A stretch of 64,000 nt of DNA from a virus. Every line of letters starts with the position of its first letter. The first letter of the stretch is position 1. The notes below the pieces were generated by a model. That model was given only the letters and a program-made list of their open reading frames with translations. It was not told where the DNA came from and ran no database searches. Made by a program: the position numbers and the translations under genes. Where the stretch lies: positions 2,921 to 66,920 of the IMG/VR virus record IMGVR_UViG_2974529149_000001; one strand, 5' to 3'. Below are positions 46,967 to 55,868 of this stretch, piece after piece.

Positions 46967-47433
46967 TGGCCGGGAAGAACGTAGTACGGATGCTCAAAGG
47001 CACCGTCAACCACATCTGGGCGATGGTGAACTTTGAGGGTCCGTACGAGGACGATGGTGATCGCAAGACTGACATCGTTGATCTGGGGAGGCAGTCGCCT
47101 TCTTCCGCCAACGGGATCAGTTCGCAGATCCATCCGGACTCCTTCACTGACTGGCGGAAGGGATCGGCAATCCAGTGGCACAAGCCTCTGATTGACATTG
47201 ACATTCCGATTGCTGCCGTACCGTCCACGACCGAAGGCCACTTTCACCTGTTCATCGACAAGGAACTGACCTGGGAAGAGTACAAGACGCTGCTGAAGGT
47301 TCTCCGTGACCTGAAGATCATTGAGGACGGGTACTACCAAGCGTCACTGCGACGCGGCGCAACGTGGGTGAGGGCACCGTGGTGCAAGAAGCCACCCGAA
47401 GAGATCATCGAAGAAGAAGAGGTGAAGTTCTGA
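46966..47433 (+). CDS. Hypothetical protein with AEP-like DxD and SxxxGxxH motifs
   Basis: GGAGG RBS and TGATG coupling; PLIDID; PSTTEGHFHLF. Confidence 0.65.
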   Translation: MAGKNVVRMLKGTVNHIWAMVNFEGPYEDDGDRKTDIVDLGRQSPSSANGISSQIHPDSFTDWRKGSAIQWHKPLIDIDIPIAAVPSTTEGHFHLFIDKELTWEEYKTLLKVLRDLKIIEDGYYQASLRRGATWVRAPWCKKPPEEIIEEEEVKF

Positions 47434-48125
47434 TGAGCTACCTGGTATTAGGGGGCAAGGATGGCGGTGTTGGTATGGCCGTCGTTGACCTCCTCAAGGA
47501 GATGGGTCATACGGTCTTTGCCACCGATGCCAAGGTTGACGTTCGCTCGGCTGCCATCATCGATGAGGTTGCGATCTCGTTGACCAAGATGGAGCCGAAG
47601 TTGGAAGGTGTGGTCTACTGCGCCGGAGTCAACCACCTGAGCTGGTTGGGGCAGATGGAGCGGAGCGGCCTGCAAGAGGCGGCCAACATGTTCGCGATCA
47701 ACTCGCTGGGCTTCCTATCGGTTATGGACTCGTTCGTTCGGCACTACGACCGCCCGCTGAGCATCGTTGCCATCAGCTCGGACGCTGCGGAGCGCCCGTT
47801 GAGGACTTCCTCGGCGTACTGCGCAAGCAAGGCCGCGCTCAACATGCTCGTGAGAGTCGCTGCTCGGGAGCTGGGGCCGAAAGGGTGGCGCGTGAACGCG
47901 GTCGCACCGGGCATGCTGGAGGGTACCGGAATGTCCAACCACATGGACACCCAGATTCCCTTGGTTCGCGGGTGGTCGCTGAAGGAGGCGATGGAGTACG
48001 AGAAGTCCCAGGAGGTCGTACCTGGTCGCATTCCGCCACGCGAGGTTGCCGAGGTGGTCTTCGACCTGCTCACCGGACCGAAGCACATGAATGGTGAGAT
48101 TGTCACCCTGAATGGAGGCAGGTAG
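47433..48125 (+). CDS. Short-chain dehydrogenase/reductase
   Basis: GGKDGGVG, YCAGV, ISS, YCASK, RVNAVAPG and NGG motifs. Confidence 0.9.
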   Translation: MSYLVLGGKDGGVGMAVVDLLKEMGHTVFATDAKVDVRSAAIIDEVAISLTKMEPKLEGVVYCAGVNHLSWLGQMERSGLQEAANMFAINSLGFLSVMDSFVRHYDRPLSIVAISSDAAERPLRTSSAYCASKAALNMLVRVAARELGPKGWRVNAVAPGMLEGTGMSNHMDTQIPLVRGWSLKEAMEYEKSQEVVPGRIPPREVAEVVFDLLTGPKHMNGEIVTLNGGR

Positions 48126-48128
48126 GTC

Positions 48129-48443
48129 ATGCTTCCTGACTGGCTCATATGGGCCCTGGTTGTGCTGGGTGTCTTTCTGCTGGTCATGATGCTCGCTGGT
48201 TTCATTGTCACCGGTATAGACCGAAGCATTGACCCCCGGCTGGACGAGAAGATGATCAAGGCCAAGAATGATGCCTTGATGGAGAGTGAGGAGAAAGCAT
48301 ACGCCGAGAAACTTATGGAGGGGTGGCTCAGCAATCACTGGGAGCCACTTGATGAATGGGTTCCGACACCAGATCAGAAATGGGAAGACAATGCCGATGA
48401 GCTACGAAGAGGCCAAAGAGGCCCTTCACGAGATGTACGATGA
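48129..48443 (+). CDS. Single-TM membrane protein
   Basis: N-terminal hydrophobic helix. Confidence 0.6.
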   Translation: MLPDWLIWALVVLGVFLLVMMLAGFIVTGIDRSIDPRLDEKMIKAKNDALMESEEKAYAEKLMEGWLSNHWEPLDEWVPTPDQKWEDNADELRRGQRGPSRDVR

Positions 48444-48586
48444 CGAGTGGATCGAGCAGAATGGCGAGGAAGAGATGATCGAGGAGCTGATGAGGCTGTG
48501 AGCTGGGAGACATACACCCAAGTACTCTCGATCATGTTATGGTTCTACATGCTCACCGCCGGACTAGTCAGGGAGATCAAGAAGTA

Positions 48587-51500
48587 ATGCGCTGGGTCAG
48601 TCTTCATACGCATTCCACCTTCTCGTATGGTGACGGCTACGGGCCGGTGAAAGACCACGTTGCCCGAGTTGAAGAGCTTGGCATGACTGCCATCTGCCTC
48701 ACCGAGCACGGCCATAACTCTTCTCACGTGCAGCTTGAGAAGGCATGCAAGGGCACCGGCATCAAGCCCATGTATGGATGCGAGCTGTACGTTGTCCACG
48801 ACAACTGGGAAGAGCAGCGACGCAAGTACCACCAGATCGCGATTGCCATCAACGAGAAGGGTTACCAGAACCTCAACCGTATCGTCTCAATCGCGAACTC
48901 GCCGGAATATCAGTACGACCGTTTCCCCACCATCCCCAAGCACATCCTGTTCGAGTACTCAGAGGGTCTGGTTGTTACCAGTGGCTGTGCCGACTCGCTG
49001 CTGAGCTGCACCCTCCTTGGCGGAAAGAACATGGGCCCCAAGAGACTGGAATACAATGAAGAGCAATACCGAGAGACTGTCGCACTTGCGGCAGAGTACC
49101 AAGAGGTATTCGGACCGCGTTACTTTCTGGAAGTGCAACGTTTCCCGAGACTGGACCGTACAAGGGTGCTCAATCCGGCCTTCGAGCGGATTGGTGCTGA
49201 ACTTGGGATTGAGCTCGTTGCCACGGCGGACGTCCATTACCCTCACCCTGGGGACAACAAGATGCAGCGCATACTCCACGCTGCGAATCGTGGTGGTGGG
49301 AAGACGATTGCCCAAGCTGACGCTGAGTGGGAATACGACATTCTCCTCACTTATCCTGAGTCAGATTCGGAAATCTACCACGACCTTATTGCCACCGGAC
49401 TCTCCCCGAAGGCAGCGAAGAGATCCATTCTGAACACTGCGGCCATCGCGAAGCGATGCACCGTAGAGCTTCCCAAGAACGAACCGATCAAGTGGCCCTA
49501 TCCTGGCAGCGGTCTCCGTGGCGAGGATATTGTGGCCGACGTGGAGAAGGAGGGCAACAATGATCCGCAGACTTATTCGAGCATTGAGGAATACACTTGG
49601 GCGCGTCTCCGCAAGGGCTGGGCGTTCCGCATCCAAAGCAATGTCCATATGCGGAAGAACAAAGCGCAGTATACTGAGCGCGTCAAGTACGAGATGGAGC
49701 GCATCATCCCTCGTGGATTCTGTGACTACTTCGGCATGCTCAGCTACCTGGTCACCTGGGCCAAGGACAACAAGATTCCTGTTGGACCTGCTCGCGGAAG
49801 TGCTGCTGCTAGCCTGGTTTGTTACCTGCTGCGCATCACCGAGGTCGATCCACTACAGTTCCCGACGATGATGTTCGAGAGGTTCATCGACCCCAAGCGA
49901 TTGGACCTCCCAGACGTCGACTTGGACTTCGCCGACGACCGACGCGATGAGGTCCGCCAGGAGGCCATTCGGGTCTTCGGTTCCGACCGCGTGGGCAACA
50001 TCGGTAACTTCACCCGGTACAAGGGCAAGAACTCCATCACCGACGTCGCCAAGGTGTACGGCATCCCCAAGTTCGATACCCAGATCGTCAAAGACCTGAT
50101 CATTGAAAGGTCAGGCGGTGACTCTCGACAGAACGACACGCTCATGGACACCTTCGAGATGTTCCCTAAGGCACGAGCAGTACTGGACAAGCATCCGGAA
50201 TTGGAGCTTGCCTCGAAGCTTGAGGGGAACTACCGGGGCGCAGGGGTTCATGCAGCAGGACTCGTCATATCCAACGCTTCCATCCCGGACACCTGTGCCC
50301 TCCACACGCAAGAGTCAGGCGGTCGTGAGATTACCGCTGTCCCCTACGACAAGAAGGACGCAGAATATCTGGGCATGCTGAAGGCTGACTTCCTTGGCCT
50401 GAAGACGATGGGCGAGATCGGGCTCATGCTGAACATCATCGGCATGGACCTGGAAGACCTTTACCGCATCCCCCTGGATGACGAGGAGGTGATGGACGCC
50501 TTCCAGAGGAACGATGTTCAGGGCATCTTCCAGTTCGAGGGTCGAGCCACCCGAGTCACCTGTGACCGAGTCAAGCCGGACAACTTCATGGAACTGGCGG
50601 ACATTAACGCACTGTCTCGACCTGGACCGTTGTTCTCTGGCATGACTGATCATTATATCAAGGTCAAGTGGGGCGACATGGAGATTGAGAAGCTCCATCC
50701 CATCGTCGATGAGTACACGTCGTTCACCAAAGGTCAGATCGTCTATCAGGAGCAGGTTCTTGGAATCATTAAAGACCTGGGTGGATTCCCAGTTCAACGA
50801 GTTGGCGACATTCGGAAGATCATCAGCCAGAAACTTGGCGAGGCGAGCTTCAACGAGATGTACGAGGAGTTTGAGTCTGGGGCCAAGCGACTTCATAATG
50901 TGGAACCTGCCCTCGCTAAGCGAATCTGGAGCTTCATGGTCACTTCGGCCACCTACAGTTTCAATATCGCTCACTGTGTCTCCTACAGCATGCTCGCTTT
51001 CTGGCAGATGTGGCTCAAGATCCATGATCCTGTCGCTTTCTACTACGCCAAGCTAGAGAAGACGCCGAACGACAAGAACAACCAGGACAAAATCCGCAAG
51101 TACATGAAAGACGCTGTGCGACACGGGGTTTCAGTTGCTGCACCGCATCTCAACAAGAGCACGAAGTCTTGGGCGTATGACCATTACGTCCCGGCCTCAA
51201 AGACGAAGCCAATCACATGGAAGGAGGGTGATCCGCTGGTCGGCGCTGTCCATGCTGGATTTACCCAGATCAAGGGTATCGGAGACAGCTATGCTGACAA
51301 TATTCTGGAGTTGCGTGATCGTCTCGGTGGCTTTGACAGCTGGGAGGATCTACTTGGCGCGAAGGGGATCGGACCAGGACGACTAGAGAAGATCATGGCC
51401 TTTGTAGAGAAGGATGATCCCTTTGACGTCCGACTGGCCGAGCACATTCTCACCGAGTACCGACGCCGCATCAACTTGGGCATCGACGGATGGGACGAGG

Positions 51501-51928
51501 TGCTTGAGCCGGACATGACCTCTGACGAGGTACCCAAGGACTTCTTCGGCATGTTCACATGGATGGGCATGGTGAAGAAGAAGGAGTTCAAGGACCTGAT
51601 GGAGGACGAGCGAGCACGATCTGGTCAGTCGACCGAAGAGATCATGGCCCGACTGAAAGACCCGCACCTCACCAAGAGCTGCACCCTGCACTGTTACGAT
51701 GATGGTGACGAGGAGATTTACGCTCGCATCAGCCGATGGGACTACGAAGCATTGGAGACGCTACTCGAAGAGATCGAACCCAACAAAGACGTAATCGTGA
51801 TCACTGGCAAGCGCAAGCGGATGTTTGGTATCTCCGTAGGAGTCAAGAACATCCAGGTGATCGACCCGACCGATGACATCCCTGGCATTCTGGAGAATGC
51901 CCGAAAGAAAGCAGCTGGTATACAATGA
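48587..51928 (+). CDS. dnaE: DNA polymerase III alpha subunit (family C, PHP domain)
   Basis: LHTHSTFS..DG PHP motif, GPARGSAAASLV, PDVDLD, KADFLGL, YQEQ, FNIAH. Confidence 0.95.
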   Translation: MRWVSLHTHSTFSYGDGYGPVKDHVARVEELGMTAICLTEHGHNSSHVQLEKACKGTGIKPMYGCELYVVHDNWEEQRRKYHQIAIAINEKGYQNLNRIVSIANSPEYQYDRFPTIPKHILFEYSEGLVVTSGCADSLLSCTLLGGKNMGPKRLEYNEEQYRETVALAAEYQEVFGPRYFLEVQRFPRLDRTRVLNPAFERIGAELGIELVATADVHYPHPGDNKMQRILHAANRGGGKTIAQADAEWEYDILLTYPESDSEIYHDLIATGLSPKAAKRSILNTAAIAKRCTVELPKNEPIKWPYPGSGLRGEDIVADVEKEGNNDPQTYSSIEEYTWARLRKGWAFRIQSNVHMRKNKAQYTERVKYEMERIIPRGFCDYFGMLSYLVTWAKDNKIPVGPARGSAAASLVCYLLRITEVDPLQFPTMMFERFIDPKRLDLPDVDLDFADDRRDEVRQEAIRVFGSDRVGNIGNFTRYKGKNSITDVAKVYGIPKFDTQIVKDLIIERSGGDSRQNDTLMDTFEMFPKARAVLDKHPELELASKLEGNYRGAGVHAAGLVISNASIPDTCALHTQESGGREITAVPYDKKDAEYLGMLKADFLGLKTMGEIGLMLNIIGMDLEDLYRIPLDDEEVMDAFQRNDVQGIFQFEGRATRVTCDRVKPDNFMELADINALSRPGPLFSGMTDHYIKVKWGDMEIEKLHPIVDEYTSFTKGQIVYQEQVLGIIKDLGGFPVQRVGDIRKIISQKLGEASFNEMYEEFESGAKRLHNVEPALAKRIWSFMVTSATYSFNIAHCVSYSMLAFWQMWLKIHDPVAFYYAKLEKTPNDKNNQDKIRKYMKDAVRHGVSVAAPHLNKSTKSWAYDHYVPASKTKPITWKEGDPLVGAVHAGFTQIKGIGDSYADNILELRDRLGGFDSWEDLLGAKGIGPGRLEKIMAFVEKDDPFDVRLAEHILTEYRRRINLGIDGWDEVLEPDMTSDEVPKDFFGMFTWMGMVKKKEFKDLMEDERARSGQSTEEIMARLKDPHLTKSCTLHCYDDGDEEIYARISRWDYEALETLLEEIEPNKDVIVITGKRKRMFGISVGVKNIQVIDPTDDIPGILENARKKAAGIQ

Positions 51929-52557
51929 CGCTCAACCATCGCCAGGCCGTTCGCGGCACCGCAGAGTTCAACGACCGTGAGCTCAACTTCCTGGATGATC
52001 GCTACCAGGACAACACCCTGATCTCCGCCATCTTCGAGTTCATGAAGGTTGGCAAGCAGCTCAAGGACGACCGGGGCAAGTACATTCGATTCGGCGACGA
52101 CCCCAAGGCACCCCACCGCAAGCGTCGTCGCTCCTGGTTGGCAAGTGCAAATGACGGCGAGGTTGGTGAGTTCCTGGACGCCGACTTCCAGAACGATCTG
52201 ATCGAGTACATCGACGGGGCCATCGACGTGGCCTACATCGCCCTTGGCGGACTCATCGAAGCCAGTGAGGGAAGTGAGATCGTGGCCCAGATTCTCCTCA
52301 AGGAGGTGCTGCGATCCAACGAGACCAAGCTGGTCGACTGCGAGGTTCGGGATGATGGCAAGGTGGTGAAGGGGCCGTACTACGAGCCGCCCAGGATCGA
52401 AGCCATCCTCACCTACTTCGCCGTGCGTATCCCCGACCGGGGCGCGTCGGGGTCGGTCGTCGCTATCCCCGCTGCGACGGGGCCGAACCTGACGGCAGTG
52501 CCGGACCCCGAACCTACCGAAGTCGGCGTCAACTTTCTCGGAGAGGACAACAAGTAA
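51925..52557 (+). CDS. MazG-like nucleoside triphosphate pyrophosphohydrolase
   Basis: EVGEFLDA..EYIDGAIDVAYI..EVLRSNETK..RDDGKVVKG. Confidence 0.8.
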   Translation: MTLNHRQAVRGTAEFNDRELNFLDDRYQDNTLISAIFEFMKVGKQLKDDRGKYIRFGDDPKAPHRKRRRSWLASANDGEVGEFLDADFQNDLIEYIDGAIDVAYIALGGLIEASEGSEIVAQILLKEVLRSNETKLVDCEVRDDGKVVKGPYYEPPRIEAILTYFAVRIPDRGASGSVVAIPAATGPNLTAVPDPEPTEVGVNFLGEDNK

Positions 52558-52853
52558 TGGCTGAGCTGAACCCCGAGCAGATTCAGACCCTGCTCGGCTT
52601 CATGGACCGCATGGCGACCGGCCTTGAGAAGCTGGTCGATGCAACGAGGAAGACCAACGATCTGATGCGCAATACCCTGGAGGCCATCACGGCCAACGGG
52701 GAGAACGACGGCGACCTCGTGGAGCTGTTGGCATCGTGGCCGATCATCATCCCCAGCACCGACCCCGATGATCCCGATGGGATCACCATCGCACCCGCTG
52801 CCCAGATCATCGAGATGATGGCCGAGGATGAAGAGGAGGATGAGGATGGATAA
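52557..52853 (+). CDS. Hypothetical acidic protein
   Basis: TAATG coupling. Confidence 0.6.
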   Translation: MAELNPEQIQTLLGFMDRMATGLEKLVDATRKTNDLMRNTLEAITANGENDGDLVELLASWPIIIPSTDPDDPDGITIAPAAQIIEMMAEDEEEDEDG

Positions 52854-53268
52854 GGGCTGGCCCAAGGGGACAGTTCCCCATGATGGGCGATGCGCTGGTG
52901 TGGAGAGCTGCAACCGATGCGTTCAGGAAAAGCTCAGACGAATGGAAGAGGATGGGGTGGATAAGCCCAACACCTTCACCGGTTTGACACCGGAAGAGGC
53001 CCAAGCTGAGCTAAACAAGGGCACCAACAACGGGCCTCGTCTGGGGCAGATCGGCAGCTCAGAGTTCCGAACTCTGGACAAGATCATCCGAGATACCGGG
53101 GTCAGCAGCGTCATTGACAAGCTGACTACTCCGCCAGAGACCGTGCGAGAGCACCTGGACCGGATCGGCGTTGGCTTCAAGGTCCCGATGGTCAATGGCC
53201 GTCTCGTAATCGAAATTGATGTGGCGGAACTGGAAGCCGCCGAGAACCCCAAGGAGGGTCAGAAATGA
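52846..53268 (+). CDS. Hypothetical protein
   Basis: Overlaps neighbours; H..C..C..C N-terminus. Confidence 0.6.
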   Translation: MDKGWPKGTVPHDGRCAGVESCNRCVQEKLRRMEEDGVDKPNTFTGLTPEEAQAELNKGTNNGPRLGQIGSSEFRTLDKIIRDTGVSSVIDKLTTPPETVREHLDRIGVGFKVPMVNGRLVIEIDVAELEAAENPKEGQK

Positions 53269-54413
53269 GCAGCAAGGAAGTTCGCAAGTGGGTGGACCCA
53301 TTCATGTTTGAAGCGGAGGAGATCAATGAAGATACAGGTCCCGAGGTCTACCTCCTGGCCGGTAATCCTGATCCACTGGGGAGCATTGCGGCTGCCGCGA
53401 AAGCATACATGGGTGAGTTTGTGGGTTCGCTGTCCGAAGTCACTGATGCGGAACGGCGCCACTATCTCACCGAGATCCAGAAGACTGCCTTGGCGATGCC
53501 CCTGGAAGCGGTACAGTTCCATTTTCGTATCAAGGGTGTCACTCGGGGATTCACCCACCAGATGGTACGTCAACGTACGGCTGCATACAGCCAGGAGTCC
53601 ACACGATTTGCCGTCAAGTCCGGAGTTCCAGTGGGCCGACCGCCCAGCATCGACGGGACTCTGAGCCGGAAGGAATGGCGCGAGAACGAGGCGAAGACCA
53701 CCAGCATGAGTTCTGCGAGCGAAGACGTGTGGCTCGAGTACGAGGAGCGGTACGCCAAGGAGAACCAGAATTGGCGCTTCATGTGGGACGAGGCCGTGGA
53801 AGCCGTCGCCAAGGCTTACAACAAGCTGGTTGATGCGGGGATGCCTGCTGAGGACGCCCGTGGGCTACTGCCGACGAACCTCCTGACTCAGCTGAACTAC
53901 ATCACGAACCTCCGCAACCTTCAGGTGGAGGGCGGCAAGCGACTCTGCACCCAGGCGCAGTTCGAGTGGCGGATCGTATGGTCCAAGATGATCGAGGCCA
54001 TGCGGAAGTTCGGCGAGACCCAGACCTACACCTGGGTTGAGCCCTGGGAGTCGGATGGTACTCACGCACACTGGAACGGTGTGGCCCACGAGTACGTCGA
54101 GCACAAGAAGGGGGAGTGGAAGACCACTCACCACGTCTCGTCGGCGTGGCAGTACGAAGAGCTGGCCAAGATTTTCAAGCCGGTCTGCTACCTGGAAGGT
54201 TCCTGCCCATTCAACGCCAGCTTCGACCGCAAGTGCTCCATCCGGAGTCGCGTGGAGGCGAACGACGCGATCAACCGACCGTCGACCGAGTGGCATGAGC
54301 CATACGCCCCGACCACATACCATGGGGAGGTCGAGAAAGTTGACCTGGGGATTCCTACCATCCCACCCATTCACCCGGCTGAGTGGCTGCTGGACCCGAA
54401 GGCGGCGCGATGA
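53265..54413 (+). CDS. thyX: Divergent flavin-dependent thymidylate synthase homolog
   Basis: RGFTHQMVRQRTAAYSQESTRF, EDARGLLP, NLRNL and RLCTQAQFEWR; canonical His residues altered. Confidence 0.8.
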   Translation: MSSKEVRKWVDPFMFEAEEINEDTGPEVYLLAGNPDPLGSIAAAAKAYMGEFVGSLSEVTDAERRHYLTEIQKTALAMPLEAVQFHFRIKGVTRGFTHQMVRQRTAAYSQESTRFAVKSGVPVGRPPSIDGTLSRKEWRENEAKTTSMSSASEDVWLEYEERYAKENQNWRFMWDEAVEAVAKAYNKLVDAGMPAEDARGLLPTNLLTQLNYITNLRNLQVEGGKRLCTQAQFEWRIVWSKMIEAMRKFGETQTYTWVEPWESDGTHAHWNGVAHEYVEHKKGEWKTTHHVSSAWQYEELAKIFKPVCYLEGSCPFNASFDRKCSIRSRVEANDAINRPSTEWHEPYAPTTYHGEVEKVDLGIPTIPPIHPAEWLLDPKAAR

Positions 54414-54736
54414 TCAAGAGCGTAATTATCTCGTCGCGGCCCACGCTGGACTACAGCACATCAGGCCAAGTCGCCGAGCTCAAGGCGTCTCAGCTCTCAT
54501 TCGAGGACCTGGATCGTTGGATGTTCTGGGAGTCCGACAATGGCATCCAGTCACTCCGGATTAAGTCGATCACCCATGGCAAGGCGCCTATGGAATATGG
54601 GCCTGACAAGAAGGTGATCATTGTCAGTGGGCAGAATATCAATGCCTCGGTCACCCTCGATCCCCACAATGACGTTTACGTCTGCGAGACGAAGCCCAAG
54701 GTCACGATCTTTGGTGTGGAGGTTCCGAAGAAATGA
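54410..54736 (+). CDS. Hypothetical protein
   Basis: ATGA overlap. Confidence 0.55.
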   Translation: MIKSVIISSRPTLDYSTSGQVAELKASQLSFEDLDRWMFWESDNGIQSLRIKSITHGKAPMEYGPDKKVIIVSGQNINASVTLDPHNDVYVCETKPKVTIFGVEVPKK

Positions 54737-55032
54737 GCGAACCGACAACCAGGGCCGAGTACCGGGACAAGTATCCAGACATCAATACTGGGGACTTGTG
54801 CCCGGAGTGCGAGGACCCCGACAGCAGGCTTGCAATCATTGGTGGAGTCTGCTTCATCTGCATCTGTGGCTGTCCTCGGTGCGAGGGCCAACCCGATGCC
54901 CAACCGGACTGGGTCTCGCCGGATGGGAAGTACGAAGGATACATCGTTCAGCCAAAGATCGACCACAGTGAACCTCAACACAATGGTCCACACGTTCACT
55001 TCGCTTTCAAGGAGGCCCAGGATGAGGATTGA
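54733..55032 (+). CDS. Cys-rich small protein
   Basis: CPEC..CFICICGCPRC. Confidence 0.55.
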   Translation: MSEPTTRAEYRDKYPDINTGDLCPECEDPDSRLAIIGGVCFICICGCPRCEGQPDAQPDWVSPDGKYEGYIVQPKIDHSEPQHNGPHVHFAFKEAQDED

Positions 55033-55225
55033 CCCATGCTGGCAAATGTACGCTCTGGGTCTGACCGGGGGAATCTTCATCAGCAATTGTTTCGTCAAGG
55101 TGCCCGATTGGTTGATTTTCATCGGCATCGTCGTCACGGTTGCCCATATCGCCTCGATGATCACCAGGTGGATCTTCGATAGGAAGGAGAGTGATGAAGC
55201 CGAGTCCGGCACCGGACCTGAGTGA
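55022..55225 (+). CDS. Small two-TM membrane protein
   Basis: AAGGAGG RBS; two hydrophobic segments. Confidence 0.55.
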   Translation: MRIDPCWQMYALGLTGGIFISNCFVKVPDWLIFIGIVVTVAHIASMITRWIFDRKESDEAESGTGPE

Positions 55226-55868
55226 GGGGCGGCTCGAACGAGCCAAGAAACCCAACCCCAAGTCCCTACCCAAGTTCGTCACCGTCATCGCCATCGACCC
55301 TGGTGAGACGACGGGCTGGGCACTGTGGAATCTGTATCCGGAGGTCCTGGTCTATGACGACGAGAAGATCATCGACAACATCCAGATGTGGACCCATGGC
55401 CAGGTTGAGTGCGTAAGCCGGTTTGAGGATGAGGACTTCGAGGACCTGGGCATCGCCTTTGTCAACGAGTCGGAGGCTATCGGCGTTGCCGAGTTGGTTG
55501 GCCTTCTTCGCTCGTGGGACGGCGCTGCCGTGGTCATCGAGTCCTTCATCCTCCGCCAGCAGCGCAAGGATGCCAGCCTGCTCAGCCCCGTTCGGATCAC
55601 CGCAGCACTGAGCCAGTGGTTGTGGCAGCAGCGTCGGCTGTACTTCGTTCAGCAGCCGTCGATGGCTAAGACAACCGTGACCGATGCACGCCTCAAGACT
55701 TGGGGCTTCTACGAGCGGTCTGGCGGAATGCAGCATGCCAGGGATGCTGACCGTCATGCCATCACCTTCTTGAGACGGTGCAAGGGCAGCAATCCAGCAG
55801 CAGCAAAGCTGCGCCACAAGGCGTGGCCCCACATTTTTGATGAAAAGGGTGACTACCGTTATGGATAA
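55191..55868 (+). CDS. RuvC-like Holliday junction resolvase
   Basis: IAIDPGETTGWA, VVIESF and HARDA..HA motifs. Confidence 0.8.
   Translation: MMKPSPAPDLSEGRLERAKKPNPKSLPKFVTVIAIDPGETTGWALWNLYPEVLVYDDEKIIDNIQMWTHGQVECVSRFEDEDFEDLGIAFVNESEAIGVAELVGLLRSWDGAAVVIESFILRQQRKDASLLSPVRITAALSQWLWQQRRLYFVQQPSMAKTTVTDARLKTWGFYERSGGMQHARDADRHAITFLRRCKGSNPAAAKLRHKAWPHIFDEKGDYRYG

Noticed and set aside
48587..51928. Intein or intron in DnaE (also considered for helicase and primase)
   Set aside because: Lengths are ordinary, and no intein splice motifs or homing endonuclease were seen
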